This document shows, piece after piece, positions 50,223-62,064 of a stretch of DNA of 64,000 nucleotides. Under the pieces are notes generated by a model. That model was given only the letters and a program-made list of their open reading frames with translations, had not been told where the DNA came from and did not search any database. The translations under genes were made by a program, and so were the position numbers. Origin of the DNA: Podarcis muralis (Eukaryota); NCBI RefSeq assembly GCF_964188315.1, contig NC_135664.1, forward strand, positions 27,528,001 through 27,592,000, written 5' to 3'. How positions within the stretch are numbered: position 1 is the first letter of the stretch; each line of letters starts with the position of its first letter.

Positions 50223-52922
50223 GAAAAAGATAGGAGCACACATGACTTCATACTTTAGATGGGTCACAGTTGATGCATAAGTGTATCACACATTTATTTT
50301 CCCACTTCAGTGTAACATTAAAAGCCACAATTTGCCTCGTTTCTATTCCTTGTCAGTTGAACTCCAACATAGGCATCTACATAGCACTGTTGAATGCTCA
50401 AATTTGACTGGGAAATTTTAAAATCTTTGCACAGTTCCGGCATCTTCCGGGACGCCTCCTACATTTTCAATATAGAGGTTATGGAAAGGACTGGGGCCGT
50501 ACGATCAAAGTAAGCTCTTCCACAAAAGAAATAATAGTTACAGCTTTCCCCTGAGTCCAAGAAAATGTTCCAGGGTTTTGCAAAAACGAAACAAAACAAA
50601 ATGGGTGTGGTGATAGTTCAGATTACTTTCAGGCATCTGCAAATTGAATGAACAGTGCTTTCTCAGAAGATCACTCCCAGCATCGCTGACCTTGGAGGCA
50701 TTACAGAGATCATATTCTCTTACTCAGAATGTACTCTGGATGTGCAATGGAAAGCATATTAGGAAGAGAAGGCCCACCCACTTAGCAAGGTGAATCAGGG
50801 AAAACTAAGAAAAATCTCTCCACATACGTTTTTGGTTATTGTCTTAAAAACAAAAACCCCAAAAACACCCCCCAACCCCCTTCCCGACTCTAAAATATTG
50901 TTTGGTTATCCATTGCGAGCGTTAGTGGGACAATTGAATTTGTCATGCTTGGAGTTAATGAAGGAGCCTTGGCTTAGACAGATGTGTCACTGGCATACAA
51001 TTGACCTTTGGTTCATTTTAATAGTCCCGGGAGGGAAGATGAAATGTTGATGCTGTTAAAACTGTTTCACAGCTCTTAGGCTTGTGTCTTTACAGTTATA
51101 CAGTTTCACAATGTAACTAAACTCTTGGTCATGGCCCACAAAATGGAAATCCCTTGAGCTGAAGCAGACAACAACTACAAGTGGTGAAACATAATCCCAC
51201 TTCCAAAACTGTCATTAAAAACATTTCGACCTTGATTTATGCTTGATTCTCCCCCCCCCCCAATGTATGTATGACTTCTTTATTTACATACAGATATATT
51301 AAAAGCAGCATCAAAGTCGTGCCTGCAGGCCATGTATAAAATTTTAAAACCGAAGGCAGACAAGAATAAACGAAATCCATGTGTATCTTTGTCAGTCACT
51401 GCCAGGACACTGAGGAAATGTAATTTTTTTTCTTTTCTGGAGGAAATTTGCTTTAGAAATCTGGAATGGCTTGATCAAAAAAGTGTCCTGCAACTATGGT
51501 TACATGTAAAATATCTACCAAGCAGACGAACTCCCTTGCACTCCTCATCAGACACAGCTAAATCCAAGACAGAACTCTAAACTAGTTTCCTACAGCATAT
51601 ATAAATAAATTGTGTGGTAGATGGCACGGCAACATTATATTTCGAGGATGTGATCCTATACACAGTTACCCTGGGAATAAATCCCCCTGAACTCAATGGG
51701 TCTTGCTTCAGAATATGAGTGTATGGAATTGCAATGTTAATACAGTTTCCCCTATAGCCAGTTCTCCAATTTTCTGCACTTCAGAAGTCAGGCCAAAGTT
51801 TTAGAAACATGCATCATGACGGCAACGCTGTAGCTGACAAGGAAAAAGCCAGAAGTCTGGCAATAATCCAAATCTGACAATTCAAAGTCACCGTTGTTCC
51901 TTCTCTACGGGTAGTATTTTTATAGGAAACATTGAGGAGGAGGGAAAAGGACAATTTCGCACTGTGCCTCAAGGCCATATCCTTAACATAGACATATGCC
52001 TATAAACTAACCTATAGCAAAACTGCTCGCTCACCCCCTGTTAAGAATCCACTATTTTTTTGGAAGAGTTTATACTTATAAGCGTAACTACTGAATCAAT
52101 ATTACTGTTTAGATGACTGGCTTTTGACAGGAATCAGGAATTAAAAGGAAATGCCTTAATAAAGTCTTCACTGATGACTTTCTTCATCATGAGATCATGA
52201 TGCCTTTCTGTTTTTCTTTAAAAAGTACTCTATTTAGACATGAACAAGCACTCAGAAGGAAAAGGCGCTGTCATATTAATTCCCCCACAAAGCAAAGCAA
52301 TAGTAAAGTTGTAATAAACCGTTCTTCATGAAACAATGCTTAATTCATATAGTGTAAACTGATTCATTGGTGCTGATTCATTTCAGCAGTTTTACAGTTT
52401 ATTATATTTAAATTGATTTTAAATAGATATATTGAGGGTTGTCATAAATGGCTCTTATGACCATTACATAGATAATATTTTATTACAGGGGCGTTCTCTT
52501 GCAGTCACTCCAGGTCTGAAAAATAGGTTGAAATGTGTAAATTTATTAGTATATAACACACACATGTTGAGAACTCCACAGCTGCATATCATGGAAGCCT
52601 TATTTTAACGGCAAGCAGAGCATTAATATCATCTGAGCTGGTGGAGTTTTGCACTCAGCGCTCTATGTGGAGATGTTAATTTCAAGTCTAGCTCCAAAAA
52701 TTTCCTCAGCTGGGAGTAACGGAAGGAGCACAGTTGGCTTTGTAGTGTGGCTCCACCTCATCCATCTCAGTCACATTTCTGGACAGGAAACCTCCTATCC
52801 ACCCTCACAGTTTTTACAGCTGCCAATTAAAATTTTGGGCTATTTGCCCACCTGAGATCCTGATCAGCCTTAGACTATTTAGGTTCTCCTCCCTCTTACA
52901 TCACACTGGTCCGGCTTGGTGG

Positions 52923-53428
52923 CATAGCTGTCAACCGTCCCTTATTTGGCGGGAAACTCCCTTATCCCAGTGCCGAGTCCCGCTGATGTCCCTTAAATTT
53001 CCTGGGTTTCAAAGGAAGCAGCTCCTCTCCCTCCCTCCCTGCCGGCCAGGGAGGAGGGAGGCTCCAACTGTGTTGCTTGGCTGCGGTGCTCACCCAATAA
53101 GGAGTCTAAGAATGACTGGGGGGTGGAGCTTGCATGCCTTGTGCTGATCAAATCGGCCGCATTGCCTGGGGACTCGCCTTTGCTCAGCGCTTTCCAGCAG
53201 AGAGGTGACGCTGGTTTTCCTTGCTGCATCCCCTTTGCCGGGTTGCTGCGCTGTGGGAACCACCGCTTGAGGCTTCGTTTGGCTGCTGGCTGGGCTTTCT
53301 GCCTTTGGCTCGGAGGGGTTCAGAAGTTGAACATACCTGTGCCCGAAAAATCCCTTATTTTGGCTGCTGATCCCTTATTTTCGAGGCTGCTGGTCCCTTA
53401 TTTTCAATTCTGTAAGTTGACAGCTATG
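52923..53428 (+). mobile_element. Non-autonomous hAT element (CATAGCTGTCAAC TIR), 506 bp
   Basis: Perfect TIRs and perfect 8-bp TSD CTTGGTGG (52915-52922, 53429-53436). Homologous to the 40205 copy. Confidence 0.93.
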
Positions 53429-54624
53429 CTTGGTGGTGGTTAGTCAAAGTATTGGGCTCTTTCATCTTACTTGGCAGATACAATGCAGGATTAGGGTGGA
53501 AAGGGAGCAAAGGGAAAATAATTGTTGAGCACCTTGAAGTTCCTTCTGGGGGATGAAGAGTGGGGTGTTCCTCATACCTACATATCAATGCCATGGGGCT
53601 CAAGGGTGGGGACAGGAGTGCTTTTTGAGGGTGGGTCAACTCTACCCTTCTTGAGAGTAGGTCAACCCAATGTGAGAGTGCTGGAGGGGTGATGGCAGTG
53701 TTGGATTTCGGGCTTTCAAATTTCAGCGGTGGCCTGTGTGATGCTAAAACTTGGCACCCCTCACTTCTCGCCTTCTGTTCTAAGTCATGGTTGTGGCATC
53801 CAGTGTGGGGAACCGGTTGTGCTTCCTGGTGAGCTAGCAAGAATCTCCTCAACACAGTTTATATACTAGCTAGGAAAGACTTGGAGTAAGGAATTAACTG
53901 CTCTGAGACCGTGAGTTGAGGGAGCACATTCTGAAATTTGAGGTGCAGGAACAGCACTCCCATGCCTCTGATTTATAGGATCTCCCACTGTTTGGATTTT
54001 GTTCACAAAGAACCCGTTACCTGTTGGCAGGTCCTTAAAGTGTATTTAATAACATTTTGTTGCTATTTCAATCCCCATAATTTATCATGTTTCCTTTTTT
54101 CAGGGATGTAGATGGAATGTAATGCTTGTTTCTTTCAGAGCAAGTAAGTGTAGAAAATAAGCACTGGAGCTCCATAAATGTCCCCTTTTTTCAGAATTAT
54201 GATCTGGCAGCCAGAGATATGGATAGTAGGGCAATTGTATGTATTTGTGTGTGGGTGGAAAGTGTGCAAAATAATGATTACATGTCACCACTTTCTCTTC
54301 AGGCTCACTGCAGAATTTAAATCTGGTGGAATTAGCTGCATTTATGCATGCATTAACTGAAGCTGATATTAATAATACAGAGCACTAATATACCACATAT
54401 CATGTACTCAAATCACAACACATACACTATCTCTATAATGAATAGCGTAACCCTGAAAAATATGCCAGAAATGTTTTCCTCAAAGTGAAGATGAGGGAGG
54501 GGCAGTGACACTGAATGAAAACAATGGCTTGCGGCTTGACTAAGGTCAGCTACTGCATTCACAGCTGGAGATTTCCTGGCCTATACCTCATGCTCCTAGC
54601 TCCTATACTATGTAAAAGCAGATA

Positions 54625-54850
54625 CAGTGGTACCTTGGGTTACATATGCTTCAGGTTACAGACTCTGCTAACCCAGAAATAGTACCTTGGGTTAAGAACT
54701 TTGCTTCAGAATGACAACAGAAATTGTGCTCCGGAAGCGCGGCAGCAGTGGGAGGCCCCATTAGCTAAAGTGGTACTTCAGGTTAAGAACAGTTTCACGT
54801 TAAGAATGGACCTCTGGAATGAATTAAGTACTTAACCCAAGGTACCACTG
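54625..54850 (+). mobile_element. Tc1/mariner MITE, family A
   Basis: TIRs, with TA at left and TG at right, abutting the next element. Confidence 0.92.
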
Positions 54851-54852
54851 TG

Positions 54853-55760
54853 CAGTGGTATTTTGGTTCTCAAACACCTTGGTACTCAAATGCCTTGGTT
54901 CCCAAATGCCAAAAAACTGGAAGTAAGTGTTCTGGTTTTCAAACATTTTTCGGAAGCCAAACATCCAATGCAGCTGTCGGTTATTGTTTCTGGGGTGCCT
55001 GCACCAATCAGAAGCTGCGCCTTGGTTTTCAAACATTTCAGAAGTCAAACAGACGTCCAGAACAGATTAGGTTTGGCGCTTTTGTTTTTACTATTTATTT
55101 CGTGTTTTTGAGGCTTTTTTGGTTAATTTGTTTTTGTGACTGTGTGGAACCCAGTTCAGCTACTGATTGATTAATTGTGTGACTGCAGAAATAGATAAAA
55201 GCCCCCCCATCCAAACAATGACTATCAGTGCAGGTAAGAATTTTTTTTTTAAAAAAATTATCATCTAAAATACTATCATATTTATTTTATTTTATAGTGG
55301 TACCTCGGGTTACAGATGCTTCAGGTTACAGATGCTTCAGGTTACAGACTCTGCTAATCCAGAAATAGTACCTCAGGTTAAGAACTTTGCTTCAGGATGA
55401 GAACAGAAATCATGTGGCGGTGACGTGGCGGCAGCAGCGGGAGGCCCCATTAGCTAAAGTGGTACCTCAGGTTAAGAACAGTTTCAGGTTAAGAATGGAC
55501 CTCCAGAACGAATTAAGTTCTTAACTCGAGGTACCACTGTACAAGTACATTGACTATTGCTTTCATTTTATGGATCAAGGGTCTCATTAGATAGTAAAAT
55601 TCATGTTTAATTGCTGTTTTAGGGGTTGTTTTTAAAAGTCTGGAATGGATTAATTTGTTTTGCATTACTTTCTATGGGAAAGCACGCCTTGGTTTTGGAA
55701 CGCTTTGGTTTTGGAACAGATTTCTGGAATGGATTAAGTTTGAGAACCAAGTTACCACTG
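54853..55760. mobile_element. Longer Tc1/mariner (Tigger-like) non-autonomous element, about 660 bp excluding its nested MITE
   Basis: TIR CAGTGGTATTTTGGTTCTCAAAC / GTTTGAGAACCAAGTTACCACTG (21/23) and TA at right. Confidence 0.85.
55295..55539 (+). mobile_element. Tc1/mariner MITE family A nested in 54853-55760
   Basis: TIRs and TA TSD. Confidence 0.92.
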
Positions 55761-56022
55761 TACATCAATTCAAATGGTAATCATAAACTTCAGAATGACT
55801 GTTGTACCTGCCCATTGGTGCTGGCTTTTGGCCTGCGATTCTGGGGGGCGGGAGCAATGTCGTGATGTTGCACACACAATGTTGCTGCTGGATATTGAGA
55901 GGTTCCCTTATCAACTTTGGGTGGGGGGGAGGCTCAAAGTGCGTCCAACCCCGGGAACTGGATCCCCTCGACCCACCCTCCTTTCCTCTTTTCTTCCTCT
56001 TTTTCTATTTAGCATTTTTGAA

Positions 56023-56155
56023 GCAGCGGTGGAAAACCTGAGGCCATCAACCTGGACTCCAACTACCGCCAGCCCCAGTCAACATGACCAATTATCAGAC
56101 ATGGTGGGGATTCTAGTCCAGCAACATTTGGAGGGACACAGATTACACACACCTG
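56023..56155. mobile_element. Degenerate palindromic hAT MITE
   Basis: GGACTCCAACTACCGCCAGCCCC...GGGGATTCTAGTCCAGCAACATTTGGAGGG resembles the hairpin family. Confidence 0.55.
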
Positions 56156-57052
56156 CTTTAAAGACTAGCTCTCTGGCACAATGTTTTCCTCCATGGAATG
56201 AGGAATGAAAAATTCATCTGTTTTGTTGGAAATTCCAAGGAATCAGAATTTATAGGAATCTGGTGTTCTGCAGATCTCTACATCTCAAATTCAAGCATTA
56301 TTTTTTTTTAGTCCACTATAATATTTTCCACATGTTCCTGCCCTCCTTTCTGTGGGAAGTGTTCCAGAGAAATACCACTAAAATAAATGTCATGTTGAAG
56401 CTGGATCTAGGCCCATCTATATTCTAAGCTCAGAGTATTTAGATTTCCCCTCAAGTTAATTTTAATGAGAAATAAAGTGAAGAATCTCTGGCCTGTGGAC
56501 CTAATTAGGCCCACCAGACCTCAGAGTCATTTGGGGTGAACCACATTTTTGGGGTGAACCTTGTCATATTGCGGCCAAAATGTTTCACACCCACACACCC
56601 CTTTTTCTGCTGCCGTGCAACAGAAAAATATTCTTTTGCAGCTGGCCAGATCCACTTCTCCAACCCTGATCTATAAAATGTTGTGCCTTATATTAGAAGT
56701 CAGTGGTGCAACTTTTAAGTGATCGATTGAGATTTTAGGTTCTGGTCCTCTTTTCAACACATCTTCCATCTGTTCATTGTCGCTGCTGATCTGTGATGTG
56801 CTGCTAGCAGACAGCAAAGAAACCAGCTCACTTAGGCACTTCACTAGGAGCAGGGGCAAAAGTTTAATTTGAGATAGTGTCAGTTATTGGTACTGAAACA
56901 CCTATTATCATATGGCTGAGGTTAATCAGCGGCCAAGAAGACTTGTCATAAATGGATGTACAAACATTGTTACATTATGTCTATAACATATATGTAGAGA
57001 GAGAGGTTATAATATAAAATACAATTCTTTGGCTTATTTGTTTGGTAGTTGT

Positions 57053-57478
57053 GTGGATGCCAGATTATCCAAAGCAACTACTCTATTCTGAACCTAAAAA
57101 TGGAATTTGTACTGCTGGTGGTCAACATAAGAGGTTTAAAGACTCTCTCAAGGCACAGCTAAAAAAATGTAGTATAAACACCGACAACCTGGAAACACTG
57201 GCATGTGAGTGCTCCAATTGGAGAAGAGACTTTACCAAAGGTGTCATGGACTTTGAAGACGCTCAAACTCAGGGCAAAAGGGAGAAACGTACTAAGAGGA
57301 AAGCACACTTGGCAAACCCTCACCATAATCAATTCCCACCCGGAAACCTATGTCCTCACTGTGGAAGGACGTGTGGATCCAGAATTGGCCTCCACAGTCA
57401 CTTATGGACTCACTGTTAAAACCGTGTTTATGGAAGACAATCTTACTTGGCTACAAGTGTTTGCCAAAGAAGAAGAGG
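57053..57478 (+). mobile_element. RTE-clade LINE 3' end (distinct from Bov-B), with C-terminal zinc finger
   Basis: PKQLLYSE..GGQHKRFKDSLKAQLKKC...CPHCGRTCGSRIGLHSHLWTHC* and a GAA tail. Flanked by a 42-bp direct repeat. Confidence 0.9.
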
Positions 57479-58289
57479 AATATAAAATACATTTCTTTGA
57501 CTTATTTGTTTGGTAGTTGTACTAATAGCATTCATTTAGATTAAAAAATTAAAGAACAATCTGGTTCCTAGTATGTGCTATCTGAACACAACTGGTTATG
57601 CTTATTAAAAAGAAAGGGTAAGAAACAACAACCTTGGTGCTGTATTTGTGGTAGCTGAGAAGACCTCCTAAGAATTTAAAATTGTCCCATAGCCAAGGGC
57701 AGTAACTGAAGGGCCCGCAAGCTTTCTAATCACATATGAGGTCTTACAGTTAATTTGTCCTTCGTAAGAAATGTATCTTTCTATTTCTCATTTCTTTGAC
57801 CCAAGGGCAGTATAAGAAAAGATGCAGATCCATTTTTACAATATGCATACCTTCCCCGAGCAGCTTCAAAAAGACCAACCTCATGGACAGAAAATAACTA
57901 TTTCCTTCTGGACCGAAAGGAAGGACAGTAAAAACAATTTTTTGTTATTTCACAGAAGGAATCAGCAGAGGCCATGAAGGAACATCTGCTTTAAGAGATG
58001 CTTGACATGTAATCAGGACATATTTTTGGGACAGAAAAAGTTGCGTGGCAGCAAAAGTCAAACGGAGTATTATTATTTTTTAAGAAAATGAAAGGGCATT
58101 CATGGGCAATGCATTGGGCCAGTTTCCAACAAATAGCTATACATAAAAGTGCCGCAGAACTTTTCATCAGTCACCCTTAAAACAACAAAGGTTAAATGTC
58201 TCTTGTAAGTTCCACTGGGCAGGATTCACCTAAGAAACGTCATCAGCGGAAACCCCACAGAAGGGCTTCCAGCTTGTGCAAAGGGCCTT

Positions 58290-58297
58290 CTCTCTCT

Positions 58298-58350
<53 letters not shown>
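58290..58350. repeat. (TC)n microsatellite
   Basis: Directly visible. Confidence 0.95.
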
Positions 58351-58352
<2 letters not shown>

Positions 58353-58984
58353 AGTGCCCCCAAAATTGGCTCAGTGGGGTATTTGGGAGAACCCACTGAG
58401 CAGCACATTAGCTTAGACCTGTGCCTAGTGCAAAAGTTTGCATAGAAAGGCATGCTGGGATAGAGAAGTGATGGAAACTCACTCTTTGAAATCACAAAAC
58501 CCAGCAGTTATCCCCATCTTAATCTGTTGCTGGCATTCATGTTGTGGAACCTGTCTGGCCCCAATAAATACTGTAAAATTGCAGTATCATATTGTCCCAT
58601 TTCCTAGTCAGACATTTCAAAAATAAGGGGTATTGAAGAAAACACAGCGCCTGGTCTATAAAGTACTTTAGAACAGTGAGGTGCCTATTACAGAGCTCTC
58701 TGGCACAGTTTGCTCTAAAGTAAATGCAATCACTTCAGAATGCAAGATGGTTTACAGCCTTGGTATAGAGACAACATTTCCCTGGATCCCAGTTCTTCAG
58801 ACAGCCAGTTTTGAGTGTCTGGATCTAGTGCTGATTCCCATTTAAGATGCTCATTCGGACCCCTAGACAATGTTGCCTGAGCCACGTGAAGGACTGCCTT
58901 CATCCATATCTTCTTCACCTCAAGGAGACCCTCCTTGAAGTGTCTTGAAAATTAACTTAGATATTATTTACTTAGATATGATTT

Positions 58985-59035
58985 TTGTTGGAAGCCAGCC
59001 AGAGTGGCTGGGGCAATCCAGTCAGATGGGCAGAA

Positions 59036-59086
<51 letters not shown>
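58985..59086 (+). mobile_element. L2-type 3' tail with (ATT)n microsatellite
   Basis: GTTGGAAGCCAGCCAGAGTGGCTGGGGCAATCCAGTCAGATGGGC followed by (ATT)n. Confidence 0.78.
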
Positions 59087-59088
<2 letters not shown>

Positions 59089-59128
59089 CACTACTAAATA
59101 CATACACTCAATCACCCATGAACTGATA

Positions 59129-59403
59129 CGGGACACGGAGCAATGGATCCAAACTACAAGAAAGAAGATTCCACCTAAACATTAGGAAGAACTTCCTGAC
59201 AGTAAGAGCTGTTTGACAGTGGAATTTGCTGCCAAGGAGTGTGGTGGAGTCTCCTTCTTTGGAGGTCTTTAAGCAGAGGCTTGACAACCATATGTCAGGA
59301 GTGCTCTGATGGTGTTTCCTGCTTGGCAGGGGGTTGGACTCGATGGCCCTTGTGGTCTATTCCAACTCTATGATTCTATGATTCTATTCTATGATTCTAT
59401 GAT
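59129..59403 (+). mobile_element. CR1 LINE 3' end
   Basis: About 4 differences in about 250 bp versus the 11426 copy. (ATTCTATG)n tail and possible TSD TGATA. Confidence 0.95.
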
Positions 59404-60664
59404 ATCTACAGCCTTCAGTCATCATCTGGGGCACAAAACCTCATCTCTCTATTCTTAAGCATCAAATCTTTTCACTACCAGAAAGTTGCTACTCTTGAAG
59501 ACATGTCCTCAAGTGATAGAGGATATCAGTTGATCCCCTGCTACATGGGTCTCTTCTTGCTCCCTCTTCCTTTGTATTATGGTCTACTGCTGTCAGGTAA
59601 TCATTCTCTGTTAAAGTCTTGAACGATCAGAATAGAAAAGCGATGTCTCTACCTTCTCGTCTACATACATACCTTTTTGTCTCTCAGCTTTTCTTAGTTA
59701 GCCACTCTTGGTCTCAAGAAAGCTTATTTCCCTGTGAGATTAAATTTGCTAGAAATAGAATTGCAAGCAACAAATAAAAGTCACTGATTTGTTCCCCCCC
59801 TCCTTGTCACGGAATACATTGACCCAGAAGATCACGTTACATTTTTCTACATGGTCAGTTAAAACAAAAAACAAAAAAAACCCAATATCCATAAATGTCT
59901 CTATTAGTTTTCCTGACACCAACAAGCTGGGCCTCCTACTATAAACACTCATTTTGTTTTAAAGGAAAAAAGGGCATTTCTTGTGATAACCCCACGCTAG
60001 ATGCTCCATCGAACAGCTGTGCTAAATGAATCTATACTTGATTACATACTAAAATCTCATCCAACTCACTCAGTTCCACACAGGGGGCTCGAGCTTCCCA
60101 CCATCATCTGGGAAGCGTAATTGCAACTGGCCATCTTAAAGGTCATGGATAGAAGCTTAATTTAAAGCTCACATAATACTGTAATTTGATCCTGGGAAAC
60201 ACCATAAATATTGCCTTGTGAGGATCCCCTTCAGATGAAAAACGTAACCAACTACTCGGGGATTTTTTGTTTCAGACAGCCGAGCCTTTGTTTCTGATGG
60301 CACAGGGTGGTCCAGCATTGAATAGTGCCACCCAGGGTGCTACACTGCACAGCATACGTGCCGTGGGGTGCCCACAAAGAACTTTTATGTGTGGGTTTCG
60401 TCATCCCTTTCAGCTAAGGCATCCAATCTGCAAACGAAAGGTATGTGAAGTGTATGTGGAGTGCAAGTGATAGGAAGTCTTCAAATGGGGAAGCTGGAGC
60501 TCGCATACACCTTGAAGCACCTTTGGATTGGTGTGTAAATATATTACCACCTATGCCTCCAATCCTAATAACTGAGGGGAGGATCTAGGAAACCTGACAT
60601 TTATGAGGAAAATGTATTGAGCAAAAGAATAAGGTGGAAAGCGCAACTCCAAAATGCTCGTAAG

Positions 60665-60776
60665 CGGTGCTATTTTTCTAGAAAAAGAGATATCGGAACT
60701 CACCGTGAATGCCTTGGTTGTTCTCTTAAAATGACAATGGCGCCCACCTGAGAGGTACCGGAACTGATTTCCAGCT
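60665..60776 (-). mobile_element. hAT MITE (1329 family), cut by a Squam3 SINE
   Basis: Reverse complement of the 1329-1468 body. Confidence 0.75.
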
Positions 60777-61021
60777 GAAGAAGAAGAGTTTGGATTTGAT
60801 ATCCCGCCTTTCACTCCCTTTAAGGAGTCTCAAAGCGGCTAACATTCTCCTTTCCCTTCCTCCCCCACAACAAAGACTCTGTGAGGTGAGTGGGGCTGAG
60901 AGACTTCAAAGAAGTGTGACTGGCCCAAGGTCACCCAGCAGCTGCATGTGGAGGAGCGGAGACGCGAACCCGGTTCACCAGATTACGAGACTACCCCTCT
61001 TAACCACTACACCACACTGGC
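60777..61021 (-). mobile_element. Squam3-type SINE
   Basis: Homologous to the other four copies. Confidence 0.92.
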
Positions 61022-61054
61022 TCTGAAAAAAAGCTTTGCTCCTAAATCAGAATG

Positions 61055-61125
61055 TAAAAAAAAGAAAGCCGCCCAGAGTGGCTGGGGCAACCCAGTCAGA
61101 TGGGCGGAGTAGAAAGAATTTATTA
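61055..61125 (+). mobile_element. L2-type 3' tail fragment
   Basis: AAGCCGCCCAGAGTGGCTGGGGCAACCCAGTCAGATGGGCGG followed by an ATT tail. Confidence 0.75.
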
Positions 61126-61483
61126 TTGTGATGGTGATTGCTGCCGCTGCTGCTGCTGAATCAAGCCAAAGCTCCATCTTGTTCAGCACCTTGTTCTTCA
61201 CAGTAGTCAACTAGATGACCCTGGTAATGATTTGCCCAACTGCAGTTCCTGGTGGGTTGCATAATTTTGGTGGGTAAATGATTGATGCCACTGACAGATC
61301 AGAGTAATCGTACATCATATAATAGCTTATCATAAAAACAATGTTGCATTTATAAAAGACCTGATGCAACTTTGAAGACTCTTTTCATTTGCCCACACAT
61401 ATATTTTTCAGTGAGCTGAATCAAAGCCATTCAGATGACTGCTTTGGGGACATGCGTATTTCTGCTACCTTATTCTTCCACAA

Positions 61484-61831
61484 GGGAGGAAGAACGCGGG
61501 TGGCGCTGTGGGTAAAACCTCAGTGCCTTGGACTTGCCGATCGCATGGTCGGCGGTTTGAATCCCCGTGGCGGGGTGAGCTCCCGTCTTTCGGTCCCAGC
61601 TCCTGCCCACCTAGCAGTTTGAAAGCACCCCCAAGTGCAAGTAGATAAATAGGTACTGCTTTATAGCAGGAAGGTTAACGGCGTTTCCGTGTGCTGCACT
61701 GGTGCCGGCTCGCCAGAGCAGCTTCGTCACGCTGGCCACGTGACCCGGAAGTGTCTCCAGACAGCGCTGGCCCCCGGCCTCTTAAGAGTCGGACACGACT
61801 GGCCCGTACGGGCAGGGGTACCGTTACCTTT
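61484..61831 (+). mobile_element. Sauria SINE, third variant with an internal deletion
   Basis: 14-bp TSD TTATTCTTCCACAA (61470-61483, 61832-61845). Tail region AAGAGTCGGACACGACT is identical to the Bov-B 3' end at 44051. Confidence 0.93.
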
Positions 61832-62064
61832 TTATTCTTCCACAAAACTGGATTCATTTTTTCCGCTGCAAAATTCCAATTGAATCTATCTGTAGCAGCA
61901 TAGGGATGTAGTATTTTGATGTTGTGAACACTAAATAGCCATTTCAATATATGTACAGTCAATCAGGACCAGCAAATAAAGTGCTCTGATTGAAAACAAG
62001 CCCCCAGAATGATGGCTTGAACTGATCCTTTAACAGCTGGGCATAAGTGTAAATATCTAAGTGT

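Noticed and set aside
19527-61021. All five Squam3 SINEs on the minus strand as evidence of gene orientation
   Set aside because: With n=5 the two-sided chance is 1/16, and the other SINE and LINE families occur on both strands.
19452-61026. Recurrent ORFs DLISRFITTRRSLKAANILLSLPPP as a gene family
   Set aside because: They are antisense translations of Squam3 SINE copies.
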